NCBI GenBank assembly: GCA_903916735.1
Contig: CAIWXX010000003.1
Span: forward strand, 974 to 64,973
Length of the DNA: 64,000 nt
Origin: an uncultured Acidobacteriota bacterium
GTDB lineage: Bacteria; Acidobacteriota; CAIWXX01
Direction: 5' to 3'
The notes beneath the pieces are model-generated. The model was given only the letters and a program-made list of their open reading frames with translations, was not told the origin of the DNA and did no database searches. Made by a program: the position numbers and the translations under genes. Below are positions 30,324-40,341 of this stretch, piece by piece (within the stretch, counting starts at the first letter, position 1; each line of letters begins with the position of its first letter).

Positions 30324-32208
30324 ATTTTATATAACAACACCCATTTACTATGTGAACGACAACCCGCACCTCGGCCACGTCTATACGACCGTCGTGGCCG
30401 ATGCGATTGCACGCTTCAAGCGCGCGCAGGGATGCGACGTTTTTTTCCTGACAGGGACGGATGAACACGGACAGAAGGTCGAAAAATCCGCCGGAAAACT
30501 CGGCATCACTCCCAAGGAACTGGCCGATCGCGTTGTCAGCAACTACTTCAAGCTTTGGAAAAAGCTTGAAATTCAGTACAGCCGATTCATCCGAACAACA
30601 GATGATGTTCATGCAAAGGGAGTCCTTCGTCTCTTCGACATCATCCGTAACAAAGGCGATATTTACTCCGGCGAATATGAAGGCTGGTACTGCACATCTT
30701 GCGAAAAATACATCACCGAACGCGAAACCGAAGAACGGCGTTGCCCGGATTGTGGCAAGGAGACGGATCTTCTCAAAGAGCCGTGTTATTTCTTCCGCCT
30801 GTCCAGATACCAGGTGCCTCTGCTCGAATACTATCGCGCTCATCCGGATTTCATCCGGCCCAAGACCCGGTACAATGAAGTCTACTCTTTCGTCGAAGGC
30901 GGGCTCCGGGATCTCTCGATTACACGATCGAGCATTCGGTGGGGGATTCCAGCGCCGGGCGATCCGTCACAGGTCATCTATGTTTGGTTCGATGCATTGA
31001 GCAACTATCTCACGGGCGTCGGATACGGGACGGATGATCAGGAATTTGAAAAGCGCTGGCCGGCGACAATCCACCTGATGGGCAAGGATATCGTCCGTTT
31101 CCATGCTGTTTACTGGCCGGCCTTTTTAATGGCTGCCGATCTTCCGCTCCCGCAAACCATCTTCGCGCACGGCTGGTGGCTGCAGGACGAGCGGAAGATG
31201 TCAAAATCGCTGGGGAATGTCATCGACCCGATGCCTCTGATGGAAACCTACGGCGTTGAACCGGTGCGATATTTCCTGCTCCGCGATGTCACACTGGGAC
31301 TCGACAGCAATTTCTCCGAGGGTGCGGTCCGTAATCGCTACAACTTCGATCTCGCCAACGATCTCGGCAACTTGAACAGTCGCATCCAGAAGTTGTTGTC
31401 GACCGCCGGCATGCCCGAACTGACACGAGCGGTGCCTGTCGGACCTGCCGAAAAAACACTGGAGGCAAATTACTACAAGTGTAGAAAAACATATATTGAT
31501 TCGTTCAACGCGTACTCTCCCAGCCGGGCGCTTGCGGCCGCCTGGGAGTTCATCACGGCCTTGAACGGGTATGTCACGGCCTCCGAGCCGTGGACGCTGC
31601 TGAAGGATGCCGCTCAGAGGCCGCGGCTCGATCGTGTTTTGCTCACCTGCGCCGAAGGTCTGAGAGTGATCGCTCTATTCATTGAGCCGGCGCTTCCCGA
31701 AGCGTCCCGGCGTATCGCCGACACCTTGGGCGCGGATCATGACGATGTGTGGGAGTTCCATCCTGAACGGGCTTTCAAGCTCAACACCTCGATGAAGCCG
31801 CTCTTTCCACGTATTGAAGAAAAGAGAGAAATAAAAATGGAAGAAGTAAAAGAACAACCAAAAGAGACAACGCCGGCATTGGAAAATCTCATTTCGATCG
31901 AGGATTTCCAAAAGCTCGATCTCCGTGTGGCCGAGGTCAAGTCGGCCGAGAGAGTCCCTGGAACGAAGAAGCTGCTCAAGCTCATGGTTGACATTGGAAC
32001 CGAGGTTCGGCAGATCGTGGCTGGAATTGCGGAAGTTTATGAACCGGAGACGCTTGTTGGGAAAAAGATCATCGTAATCGCCAACTTGAAGCCGGCGGTC
32101 CTGCGGGGAGTTGAGAGTCGCGGAATGCTGTTGGCGGCTTCCATCGACGGCCATCCAGTCGTCGCCACCTTCGAGGGGAATCCTTCCGCCGGCACCATCG
32201 TGAAGTAA
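30313..32208 (+). CDS. metG: Methionine--tRNA ligase with a C-terminal tRNA-binding (EMAP-like) domain
   Basis: The HIGH region is PHLGHVYT and the KMSKS motif is KMSKSLGN. Zinc knuckles CTSC and CPDC are present, and there is a C-terminal OB-fold. The start overlaps the larC stop. Confidence 0.9.
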   Translation: MKDKFYITTPIYYVNDNPHLGHVYTTVVADAIARFKRAQGCDVFFLTGTDEHGQKVEKSAGKLGITPKELADRVVSNYFKLWKKLEIQYSRFIRTTDDVHAKGVLRLFDIIRNKGDIYSGEYEGWYCTSCEKYITERETEERRCPDCGKETDLLKEPCYFFRLSRYQVPLLEYYRAHPDFIRPKTRYNEVYSFVEGGLRDLSITRSSIRWGIPAPGDPSQVIYVWFDALSNYLTGVGYGTDDQEFEKRWPATIHLMGKDIVRFHAVYWPAFLMAADLPLPQTIFAHGWWLQDERKMSKSLGNVIDPMPLMETYGVEPVRYFLLRDVTLGLDSNFSEGAVRNRYNFDLANDLGNLNSRIQKLLSTAGMPELTRAVPVGPAEKTLEANYYKCRKTYIDSFNAYSPSRALAAAWEFITALNGYVTASEPWTLLKDAAQRPRLDRVLLTCAEGLRVIALFIEPALPEASRRIADTLGADHDDVWEFHPERAFKLNTSMKPLFPRIEEKREIKMEEVKEQPKETTPALENLISIEDFQKLDLRVAEVKSAERVPGTKKLLKLMVDIGTEVRQIVAGIAEVYEPETLVGKKIIVIANLKPAVLRGVESRGMLLAASIDGHPVVATFEGNPSAGTIVK

Positions 32209-32229
32209 TCGCTTATCCATCGGCATCCG

Positions 32230-33018
32230 ATGCTTGTTGACTCGCACTGCCATCTCGAAATGCCCGAATTCGATTCCGATCGGGAATCGACAATGGTGCG
32301 TGCGCGCGATGCCGGAGTCGAATTCCTTCTCACGATCGGCGACGGCGGCAATCCAACCGCCTTTGAAACATCGCTGAGATTGGCATCCCAGCCCGGTGTC
32401 GCCACAACGATCGGCTTGCATCCCCATCAGGCCAACCGGTGGAGCGAAGATATTCGCCATTTCCTCATCGATGCGAGTCGTGACGAACGCGTGGTGGCGT
32501 GGGGGGAGATCGGACTCGATTATCACTACGATTTTTCGCCGCGCGACGCGCAGATCACGGCCTTTGAATCACAAGTGCGACTTGGCTTTGAACACGACCT
32601 CCCCCTCATCATCCATTGCCGCAAAGCTGAGGAAGACACCGAGCGTATCCTGGCCGCTTCCAATCGGCCGGGCCGGCTCAACGGAATCATGCATTGCTTC
32701 ACGGGCAATATCGCCTTTGCAAAAAAGATGGCGGCGCTTGGATTCTTGATTTCCTTCTCTGGAATCGTCACATTCCCGCGAGCGGGAGATATCCGGGAGG
32801 CGGCCGCGAAACTGCCTGATGATGTCATTCTCGTTGAAACCGATTCGCCGTACCTGGCGCCTGTTCCTCACCGTGGAAAGCGCAATGAGCCGGCTTTTGT
32901 CATGCACACAGCCACGGCTGTGGCCGGGCTTCGTCACACTGAGCCGGAAGAAGTAACGAAAATGACCTCGATTAATTTCTTCCGGCTCTTTCCATCCTTA
33001 AAAAATAAAAATGCTTAA
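32230..33018 (+). CDS. tatD: TatD-family metal-dependent hydrolase (DNase)
   Basis: MLVDSHCHLEM, IGEIGLDYHY, IIHCR and ETDSPYL motifs. Confidence 0.85.
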   Translation: MLVDSHCHLEMPEFDSDRESTMVRARDAGVEFLLTIGDGGNPTAFETSLRLASQPGVATTIGLHPHQANRWSEDIRHFLIDASRDERVVAWGEIGLDYHYDFSPRDAQITAFESQVRLGFEHDLPLIIHCRKAEEDTERILAASNRPGRLNGIMHCFTGNIAFAKKMAALGFLISFSGIVTFPRAGDIREAAAKLPDDVILVETDSPYLAPVPHRGKRNEPAFVMHTATAVAGLRHTEPEEVTKMTSINFFRLFPSLKNKNA

Positions 33019-34045
33019 GAGAATCGATTTTTTACCCTTCGTCTCACCGAGTTGCCGGTGGGGGACTGTGCTCGCGGCTGGAATCCTGTTTTTTGTCATT
33101 GGTAATTCGTGTCACAAACAAGTAGCTCCGCAACGGGAAGTTTTTATCTGCGTCCCTTCAACCCCGCTCCTCCTGACGCCTCGCAGCGGATTTCAGCCCA
33201 TTCGCGTCCTGCCGAACCGCGAACACGTGGCTGTCCTGTTTGAACGCGATGATTGGATGAAGGCGAGGACATCCAAAGGCGAAGAGGGTTGGATCCCGCG
33301 TGCCGACACTGCCGAACTGAGCGTCCTGAACCTCGCAAAGAAAATGATCGATGCAGCAAAAACTCAACAGGCACAATTCAAGGCGCGACTTGGAGCTGAT
33401 GCTAATCTCCGAATGGAGCCCCTTAAAAACGCGCCGTTTCCGGGGCGGCTTAACAAGGATTCGGTTGTCGATGTCCTTGGGAAGAGTGAGCGCGGACGCA
33501 GCTCGCCGTTGGCGCTTTTCTATAAAGTGCGTGCCGAGGACGGTGAGACCGGCTGGATCGCCGGATGGCTGATCGAGCCCCTCATGCCAGAGGCATTGCA
33601 GCCTTATCAGGAAGAGCGCAAGTTGGGGGCATGCATCGAAATCAATCGAATGACGGCGTCGGCCGGCGATGTCCCGCAATATGTCCTGGCAGATCTGTCG
33701 CCCGACGCCGGACCTGATATCGACTTTGATCGGATCCGCGTTTTCACATGGAACAAGAAGAAATCATCATATGGAACGGCGTTCGTCGAACGCGGCATGA
33801 AAGGAATCCTCCCCATCACCAAGGAGACCACTGGCGACAACAACCTCCTGATCCGCATTCTGCAAATTTCGCGCTCCGGCGCCGCCGAAGAAACAACCTA
33901 CACATACCAACCGCCTTACTTTCGGAAGGTGGCGGGCGCCGGCATGGTTTCAGAGATCTCGCACTGGCGCCATTCATCGTTGGCAAGAGTGAAGCCTGCT
34001 TCTTCCGGACACCGCTTCATTTTTTTATGCCCACTTCGATCATGA
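33011..34045 (+). CDS. Membrane-anchored protein with two SH3b-like domains
   Basis: An N-terminal transmembrane helix or signal anchor is present. There are two SH3b-like patterns ending GWIPRAD and GWIAGWL. Confidence 0.45.
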   Translation: MLKRIDFLPFVSPSCRWGTVLAAGILFFVIGNSCHKQVAPQREVFICVPSTPLLLTPRSGFQPIRVLPNREHVAVLFERDDWMKARTSKGEEGWIPRADTAELSVLNLAKKMIDAAKTQQAQFKARLGADANLRMEPLKNAPFPGRLNKDSVVDVLGKSERGRSSPLALFYKVRAEDGETGWIAGWLIEPLMPEALQPYQEERKLGACIEINRMTASAGDVPQYVLADLSPDAGPDIDFDRIRVFTWNKKKSSYGTAFVERGMKGILPITKETTGDNNLLIRILQISRSGAAEETTYTYQPPYFRKVAGAGMVSEISHWRHSSLARVKPASSGHRFIFLCPLRS

Positions 34046-34287
34046 ATGAATCAGCTTGCTTGCAGGCAATGGAGTTTCTCCCGCTGTTGTGGCTTGGAGA
34101 GCAAATCGATTAATGCGAGTGCTCCCGGATTGATCTTGATTGAGCGGGCATGGGGTTGCCGTCAGCCGGAGATGAATATGACCAATGATTTTGCTATCAT
34201 CTTTTCATGCCGCAATCGTGAGGATATTCGGAGGCTGTCAGAGCGACTCGAAATGGCAACCATGATGTCGGCGACCGAAGGGAGTGA

Positions 34288-34983
34288 TTGATGAGTCCAC
34301 AGACATCGCAATTTGATGACATTCGCTACCGCGAGATCAACGAGAAGCGAAAACAGATTCTGGATGATCTTCTGCACAAAGTGCTTCCGACGGTCGGCTT
34401 GCGGACAGCCGTTGACGTCGGGTGCGGCATTGGATTTTTTTCCCATTATCTGTGGACACTAGGGTTGCAGGTGCAGGCTTTTGATGGCCGGCCTGAAAAT
34501 GTCCAGGTGGCCCAGGAGAGATATCCTGCGATTCATTTTGGTCTATGGAATGCTGAAGATCGTGTCACGATGCCCGCCGGCCAATTCGACCTGGTGTTAT
34601 GCTTCGGCCTTCTGAATCATCTGGAGAACCCCTTCCGCGTGATTCGCAACCTCAAAGCCATCACCGAAAAAGTCATGGTGATTGAATCTGTTATCACGGA
34701 GAGCCGGCTTCCAATGGCCACTCTGGTCGATGAAATCGAACACGGCGAAGCGCAGGCGTTGAACTACCTTTCCTTCATTCTCACGGAATCGGCCCTGGCA
34801 AAGATGTTGTACGCGACCGGCTTCAAACACGTCACGAAGATCGTCAATCTGCCGGATCATGAAGAATTTCTGACCGGCCCTTGGCGGCGGATTGTCAGTG
34901 TCGCGAGTGACATGAAGATCGACTCGCCGTTTCTGAATGAAATACCCGAGCCCTTCTACCGCATACCTGACGTGGCTGAGTAA
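34288..34983 (+). CDS. Class I SAM-dependent methyltransferase
   Basis: Motif I VDVGCGIGFFSHYL, followed by LVLCFGLLNHLENP. Confidence 0.7.
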   Translation: MMSPQTSQFDDIRYREINEKRKQILDDLLHKVLPTVGLRTAVDVGCGIGFFSHYLWTLGLQVQAFDGRPENVQVAQERYPAIHFGLWNAEDRVTMPAGQFDLVLCFGLLNHLENPFRVIRNLKAITEKVMVIESVITESRLPMATLVDEIEHGEAQALNYLSFILTESALAKMLYATGFKHVTKIVNLPDHEEFLTGPWRRIVSVASDMKIDSPFLNEIPEPFYRIPDVAE

Positions 34984-35137
34984 CATGCGTGGGCATTCCA
35001 CTGAGGTATGGATTGTGATCGATGCCGGCGATTGGTTTATGTCATCAAGGCGATAGGGGCTGGGGATCTGAGACGAGAGGCTGAGTGCATCTGGCGAAGC
35101 CGCTGCATGGCAGCGAGCCGGCAACACTCATAAGCGG

Positions 35138-36622
35138 TCATTCCTTTTTTAGTTCGTATTCCAGTTTATCGACAACCGTCTTCAAAACCTTGACGCGCGC
35201 ATGCAGCTTATCGTTCGCTTCCACTATAGTCCATGGGATGAGATGAGTGCTTGTCTTGAGGAGCATGTCTTCGAGGGCACGTTCATAATCCTGCCATTTC
35301 CCTCGGTTGCGCCAGTCCTCATCCGTGAGTTTCCAGGCCTTGTAGTTGAGCTGCTCGCGCTCTTGAAACCGCTTCAGTTGTTCGACCTGGCTGATATGCA
35401 GCCAGAACTTTATGAGGATCGTGCCGAATTGCTCGATCTGCCGTTCGAACTGATTGATCTCGCTATAGGCCCGCTTCCACTCGGATTCCGTGCAAAATCC
35501 TTCAACCCGCTCCACGAGCACGCGACCGTACCATGAGCGATCAAAAATGGCGATTTGCCCGGCCTCCGGCAGCCGCCTCCAGAAGCGGTAGAGGTAATGC
35601 CGGACCTTGTCATCGCCGGACGGTGCTGCAATCGAATGGACAATGTAGCCGCGTGGGTCAAGCTTGGCGGTGAGGCGTTTGATCGCCCCCCCTTTTCCGG
35701 CGGCGTCCCATCCTTCGAAGATCATCGCCACGGGACGTTTCTGCTGATACACCTCGTATCCGAGAATATGCAGCTTGTTCTGCAGGAGATTGATCTGGTT
35801 CTGATACGCTTCGCGCGTGAGACGTTGGTTGAGGTCGTGCTGTCCGAGTACGGGAGACCGGGAGCCTTCACTTGGGAGCGGAACCAGCGCGGTGACACCA
35901 AAGCCGGCGCTGCGCTTGGCCAACCGTGCCTCGAACGCACTGATCAGCGTCTGGAAGACTTTGATGCGAGTGAAATAGCGGTCTGTGGCTTCGATGATTG
36001 TCCATGGTGCATGGGGCATATCGGTCCGAGCCAGCATCTCTTCGACGGCGACAAGGTAATCGTCATAGGCTTTGTGCTGAGCGGCATCTTCGTCCGTGAC
36101 CTGCCAGGATGTCAGCTCTTTCTTCAGCAATTTCTTGAATCTCTGCGCCTGTTCCTTCTTGCTGATATGCATCCAGAACTTGATGATGACGGCTCCGTCG
36201 GCCGCCAGTTGCGATTCAAAATCTTTGATGTCTTCGAAGATGTTCTGAATTTCGCGACGGCGCACTTCCTTCTTGATCCTGTCGATGAGAACGCGCCGGT
36301 ACCATGACGTGTCAAAGATGACCATCTGGCCGTAGGCCGGAATTTTCTGCCAGAAACGCCAGAGCCATGGGTAGTGGGTTTCGGCGGTGCGTGGCGGCGT
36401 GATCGGAACAACGCGAAAACCGCGCGGATCAAGCCGTTCAACGAGCGTTTGAATTGTGCTTCCTTTCCCAGCTGCAGCCCAGCCTTCAAATGCCGCCACA
36501 ACTGGAATGCGCGCTTCAAAAATGTCGTGATGGAGATCGTAGAGTTTTTGTTGCAGTCGAGGAAGAAGGGTTACATATTCGGCCTTATCGAGGGATTGTT
36601 TAAGATCGATCTGCTCAAGCAT
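35138..36622 (-). CDS. Polyphosphate:AMP phosphotransferase (tandem PPK2 domains, PAP-like)
   Basis: Two PPK2 repeats are present, each with a Walker A motif (FEGWAAAGKGSTI and FEGWDAAGKGGAI), a Walker B-like DTSWY/DRSWY motif and a lid region. Confidence 0.85.
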   Translation of the reverse strand: MLEQIDLKQSLDKAEYVTLLPRLQQKLYDLHHDIFEARIPVVAAFEGWAAAGKGSTIQTLVERLDPRGFRVVPITPPRTAETHYPWLWRFWQKIPAYGQMVIFDTSWYRRVLIDRIKKEVRRREIQNIFEDIKDFESQLAADGAVIIKFWMHISKKEQAQRFKKLLKKELTSWQVTDEDAAQHKAYDDYLVAVEEMLARTDMPHAPWTIIEATDRYFTRIKVFQTLISAFEARLAKRSAGFGVTALVPLPSEGSRSPVLGQHDLNQRLTREAYQNQINLLQNKLHILGYEVYQQKRPVAMIFEGWDAAGKGGAIKRLTAKLDPRGYIVHSIAAPSGDDKVRHYLYRFWRRLPEAGQIAIFDRSWYGRVLVERVEGFCTESEWKRAYSEINQFERQIEQFGTILIKFWLHISQVEQLKRFQEREQLNYKAWKLTDEDWRNRGKWQDYERALEDMLLKTSTHLIPWTIVEANDKLHARVKVLKTVVDKLEYELKKE

Positions 36623-36634
36623 GCGGCCCTCCAG

Positions 36635-37627
36635 CTACGCTCCACCGATGATCCGTTCCATCGTTTTCTTCATTATAACCATATTCGCACCCGGATCCAT
36701 AAGCACCAGGAAACCGGAATGCGGCTGGACGGGGATAATAAAGAGAGCCCCTGAATCAGCTTCCATGAGAAGAACCTTGACCCCACCCATGCCGTGCTTT
36801 TGGGAAAGCGTCTGGAGTCTTGTCGACGCTTCAACCCAGAAACGTCGGATGGCTTCGGAATCATACGATGCTTGAATACCGATGCCTGCGTGCATATCGA
36901 CTCGGTCAGGTGCAATCAATGCACTCAGCCGGACCCCCTTGATGGAAACGATTATCTGTGCCGTCCGCTCTTGTGTTGTCGATTCCATGCCGATCAAGCT
37001 ATCGGCAGGAGCGCCCGGCGCCTCCTGTCCACACTGACCGGCGGGGAGCTCGACATGGCAAGAAGATTCCGACAGGACCTCCGGCTCCTCGACACCTGGG
37101 GTGAGCATCGCGCCCGGAAGATCGGGGCCCTCTTGAAAGAGGGTGGTCTCTTCCTGATTGAGTGCCGGTGTGTCGTCCAGGACCGGCTGGGAGTCAGTCT
37201 GGAGGAAGGGTGTTGAGGCGGCATTCACGGGCCACTCCAGAATCTTGTTCTCCGCCGCCGCTGATTCAGAATCGGACGTTTGGGCTGAAATGGCTCGCTG
37301 ATTAGCAGCGATTCTTTCGCGGGCCTTGCTGATCAGCCGTTCTCGGAAAAGATTGGAGAAGACATGAGCGCAGTTGGTCATGATCTCCTGCTTTGTATGA
37401 GGATCGAGAATGTTTTCCAAATTGAAAACGTGGCGGGAGAGAATCTTGCCGGCGAGTGCCGCGACACCGGTGATACGCGGAGGCGGTCCCGGGCTGTATT
37501 CGATCTGTATCTGGATCTGCCGGTTTGCAATCGTGATGCGTCCAAGCAGTCCACTGCCCGAGGGGGCCGGGTCAACTTTCCGGAGAGGCGGATCGCCCGC
37601 TTGACCAGATTCTTCTTTCTCACTCAT
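36635..37627 (-). CDS. Roadblock/LC7 domain protein with an N-terminal unknown domain and a long acidic/proline-rich linker
   Basis: The C-terminal 95 aa, KGVRLSALIAPDRVDMHAGIGIQASYDSEAIRRFWVEASTRLQTLSQKHGMGGVKVLLMEADSGALFIIPVQPHSGFLVLMDPGANMVIMKKTMERI, have MglB/Roadblock topology. The stop lies 12 nt before the PAP start. Confidence 0.6.
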   Translation of the reverse strand: MSEKEESGQAGDPPLRKVDPAPSGSGLLGRITIANRQIQIQIEYSPGPPPRITGVAALAGKILSRHVFNLENILDPHTKQEIMTNCAHVFSNLFRERLISKARERIAANQRAISAQTSDSESAAAENKILEWPVNAASTPFLQTDSQPVLDDTPALNQEETTLFQEGPDLPGAMLTPGVEEPEVLSESSCHVELPAGQCGQEAPGAPADSLIGMESTTQERTAQIIVSIKGVRLSALIAPDRVDMHAGIGIQASYDSEAIRRFWVEASTRLQTLSQKHGMGGVKVLLMEADSGALFIIPVQPHSGFLVLMDPGANMVIMKKTMERIIGGA

Positions 37628-37694
37628 GCGAACTACCTAGATCCTAAGAACCATCAAACACAATCGGCAGAAAACCGGCAGGCCGGTGCTCGCC

Positions 37695-38048
37695 TTAGAA
37701 ATCCGCTTCCAATTCGCGGATATATTTCCTTGCCTGATAGCGGACGTTTCCGAGGTTTGCATTCGAGCCGGTGACAATAGCCGGAATCGCCTCTTGACCG
37801 ATAACAGCGCTCACGAGCACTCCATGCTCGAATTCCGCCGTCACCTGGCCCATCTTCCCCATTTTGAGCTCATTCCCCATAGTTTCGGATGCGCCGAACC
37901 CGGTTGAAATGACCGCCCCGATGGCCTCAACGTCCATGCCGACGCTGCTGGCGGAGTCAATGACAAAGCCGTCACGACTGACAACGACCGTGCCATTGAT
38001 TCCTTCAATTTTTAGCAGGCTATTTAAAATATCATTTGTCTTTTGCAT
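37695..38048 (-). CDS. Roadblock/LC7 (MglB-like) domain protein
   Basis: At 117 aa, LKIEGINGTVVVSRDGFVIDS...GQVTAEFEHGVLVSAVIGQEAIPAIVTGSNANLGNVRYQARKYIRELE is a typical Roadblock/LC7 fold sequence. An RBS GGAGACA precedes the gene. Confidence 0.7.
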   Translation of the reverse strand: MQKTNDILNSLLKIEGINGTVVVSRDGFVIDSASSVGMDVEAIGAVISTGFGASETMGNELKMGKMGQVTAEFEHGVLVSAVIGQEAIPAIVTGSNANLGNVRYQARKYIRELEADF

Positions 38049-38460
38049 TAATGTCTCCTTTCAGACATTGAGGAGGCGCCTTCGAGGTCTATGACATTAA
38101 TTTGATAGATGCAGGCAGCGAGCAAGAGCCAAGAAGCGTGTGCCCATTTTAGAAGTGCCCTGAGCCGGGCCTCTTAGCGTGCTCGTCAACATTTCATCTG
38201 ATCTCATCGTTGTTCAGTGCCTTCGCGATAAGCAACGTGGTCATTTAAACATTGACCGACAAGCATGGCGTTGCAACCAATTTGTCCCATTTTTCAGGGA
38301 TTATCGAGTTTTTCACACTGAAACCGTTGTTGCCTTGATCCTCATAAACCCGTCTCTGGCTGTCAGCGTTCTCAGAGTGTACTTTCCATTTGAGAGACAC
38401 CTGCCAACACTGTCGATTGCTTCGGCATGTATCGCCATCATTCGAGCCCGTCTCCAAACA

Positions 38461-38724
38461 TCAGCCAAATCCGGACCAGACGGTGCTCAGAACATCGAAA
38501 GAGCTTTCGCGCTTGAATTGAACCATGGTTGGCAGAATGCCGAGCAGACTCAGATTCTGATTTTCCTTGTCTTGGACACCCTCAATAACCCGAAGTATCT
38601 GCTGGATGGATCGAAGCCCGAGAGTTTCGGCCTGGAGCGGGATGATCGCAAAATCCGCCGCGATCAGCGCACCTCTTGGAACCATGTCGACGCCGGATGC
38701 TTGTTTGAAGATCCCCGGGGACAT
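38461..38724 (-). pseudogene. Remnant of a ParA/MinD-family ATPase gene; only the central and C-terminal region remains, and Walker A is missing
   Basis: ALIAADFAIIPLQAETLGLRSIQQILRVIEGVQDKENQNLSLLGILPTMVQFKRESS is collinear with the ParA segment NALAAADxVLIPLQCEFFALEGLSQLLxTIExVRxxLNPxLxIxGIxLTMYDxRxxLS. The remnant is truncated at both ends and sits in an 800 bp gap with no other good ORF. Confidence 0.5.
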
Positions 38725-38859
38725 GGCCGCCGCAGGATTTCAATCCGTCCGGTGAGAGATGAGATCGCCCTGAGCGGGGTGAAGGATCCCACAGGACCAC
38801 CGCTTGTCTTTATTTTATGCGTGTTGTACTATTCTTTTGTGCGAAAATTGGATCGCAAT

Positions 38860-40329
38860 ATGGCCATTTCATCCGTACAAGTCGGACAAGATTGTCCTGC
38901 CTATCTTGGTATCAGCGAGCATTTCGCACGACTGATCCGAAGCGGGACGCTTCGCGCCGGTGATCGTCTCCCGACGGTGCGCGAGCTGGCTCGGACTACC
39001 GGCTTCAACAAGGCCACGATCAGCAAAGGATTTGCGGACTTGCAGCGACGCGAGCTCGTGACGAGTCGCCCGGGGCGTGGGACGATTGTGACAGCCGATC
39101 AAGCGTCTCCGATTTCCATGCCTGTCGCAGAGAGAATCGACTCTCTCTATCGCAGCCTTCCCCCGGATATCGGAGGAGGCGATGGGCAGCCGCAATACGA
39201 TTTTTCGGCATTCTGGCCGGAGCCCGGTCTTTTCCCCTTGGATGCGCTCAGGCGTATTTTCGAAAAGCTTTTGCATGGCCGTCCCGAGCTTCTCCAGTAC
39301 GGGTCGGCTCAGGGCTATCCGCCGCTGCGGGAGTATCTCGGGGAACGGGCCGCCCGAGTCGGCGTCGATGAGGGCGAAGTCGTCATCGTGCAGGGATCAC
39401 AGCAGGGGCTCGATCTGGTTTTCCGAGCCTTTCTGAATCCGGGAGATGCTGTGGCCGTGGAATCTCCGACCTACTCGAGTGTTCTGCCACACCTCGCTTT
39501 TCATCAGGTTCGAGTCGTGTCGATACCTATTGAATCGGATGGTCTCGACCTCGCGGCACTCGATTCGGCCATCCGGCACGAGCGTGTGAAACTGCTTTAT
39601 TTCATGCCTAATTTCCAGAACCCGACCGGAATCACGATGACGGATCGCAAGCGCGACGAACTGGCTCGCCTCGCAGCATCGACCGGGCTTCTCGTTGTGG
39701 AGGATGATTTTGAACACGACCTGCGATTTTCAGGGTGCGATCTGCGAGCCGTCGCCGGGCGACGATCATCTGCCAACATCGTCTATCTATCATCCTTTTC
39801 GAAATCTCTTCTGCCGGGGCTGAGGATGGGCTGGATGGTCGCTCCGGCGCCACTCGCCAAGCCCATCATTCTTGCGAAAAAATATACGGACATTTACACA
39901 TCGGTTCTCATTCAGGCAGCGTTACTCGAATTCTGCAAAAGCGGCCAGTATGATCGCCACCTCCGCCGGCTGCGGCGAGTGTGCCGTGAAAAAGTGAGCG
40001 CGGCGCGTTGCGCCATCATGGCCGCATTGCCACGCGGAACCGTGTGTGCCATGCCTGAAGGCGGTTTCTTGTTATGGATCACACTGCCAGACGGATATTC
40101 CGCTGACTCACTCGCCTCAGAAGCCGCTAGACATCGCATACAGATCACACCAGGGTCGGTGTTTTCACCCGGCGGCCGCGCCGATAACAGCTTCCGTCTT
40201 TCACTCTCGCTCGCCGCTCTGGATCAGATCGAACCGGGAATAAAGATCCTCGGGAAGCTCTTGCAGAAGCGACCTAAGATACGGCGTGGCAGCCCGAGTG
40301 ATGAACTGCGCAACACAGCTTATCTTTGA
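38860..40329 (+). CDS. pdxR: MocR-family regulator (GntR-type HTH plus a PLP-dependent aminotransferase-like domain), probably PdxR
   Basis: An N-terminal winged helix LPTVRELARTTGFNKATISKGFADLQRRELV is followed by an aminotransferase class I/II fold with the PLP lysine region SFSKSLLPGLRMGW. It lies directly upstream of pdxS-pdxT. Confidence 0.75.
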   Translation: MAISSVQVGQDCPAYLGISEHFARLIRSGTLRAGDRLPTVRELARTTGFNKATISKGFADLQRRELVTSRPGRGTIVTADQASPISMPVAERIDSLYRSLPPDIGGGDGQPQYDFSAFWPEPGLFPLDALRRIFEKLLHGRPELLQYGSAQGYPPLREYLGERAARVGVDEGEVVIVQGSQQGLDLVFRAFLNPGDAVAVESPTYSSVLPHLAFHQVRVVSIPIESDGLDLAALDSAIRHERVKLLYFMPNFQNPTGITMTDRKRDELARLAASTGLLVVEDDFEHDLRFSGCDLRAVAGRRSSANIVYLSSFSKSLLPGLRMGWMVAPAPLAKPIILAKKYTDIYTSVLIQAALLEFCKSGQYDRHLRRLRRVCREKVSAARCAIMAALPRGTVCAMPEGGFLLWITLPDGYSADSLASEAARHRIQITPGSVFSPGGRADNSFRLSLSLAALDQIEPGIKILGKLLQKRPKIRRGSPSDELRNTAYL

Positions 40330-40341
40330 TAGGAGGTTTCC

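Noticed and set aside
34046-34291. 81-aa plus-strand ORF immediately upstream of, and overlapping, the MTase start
   Set aside because: It is Cys- and Arg-rich with no RBS and no motif. It is more likely a 5' leader than a gene.
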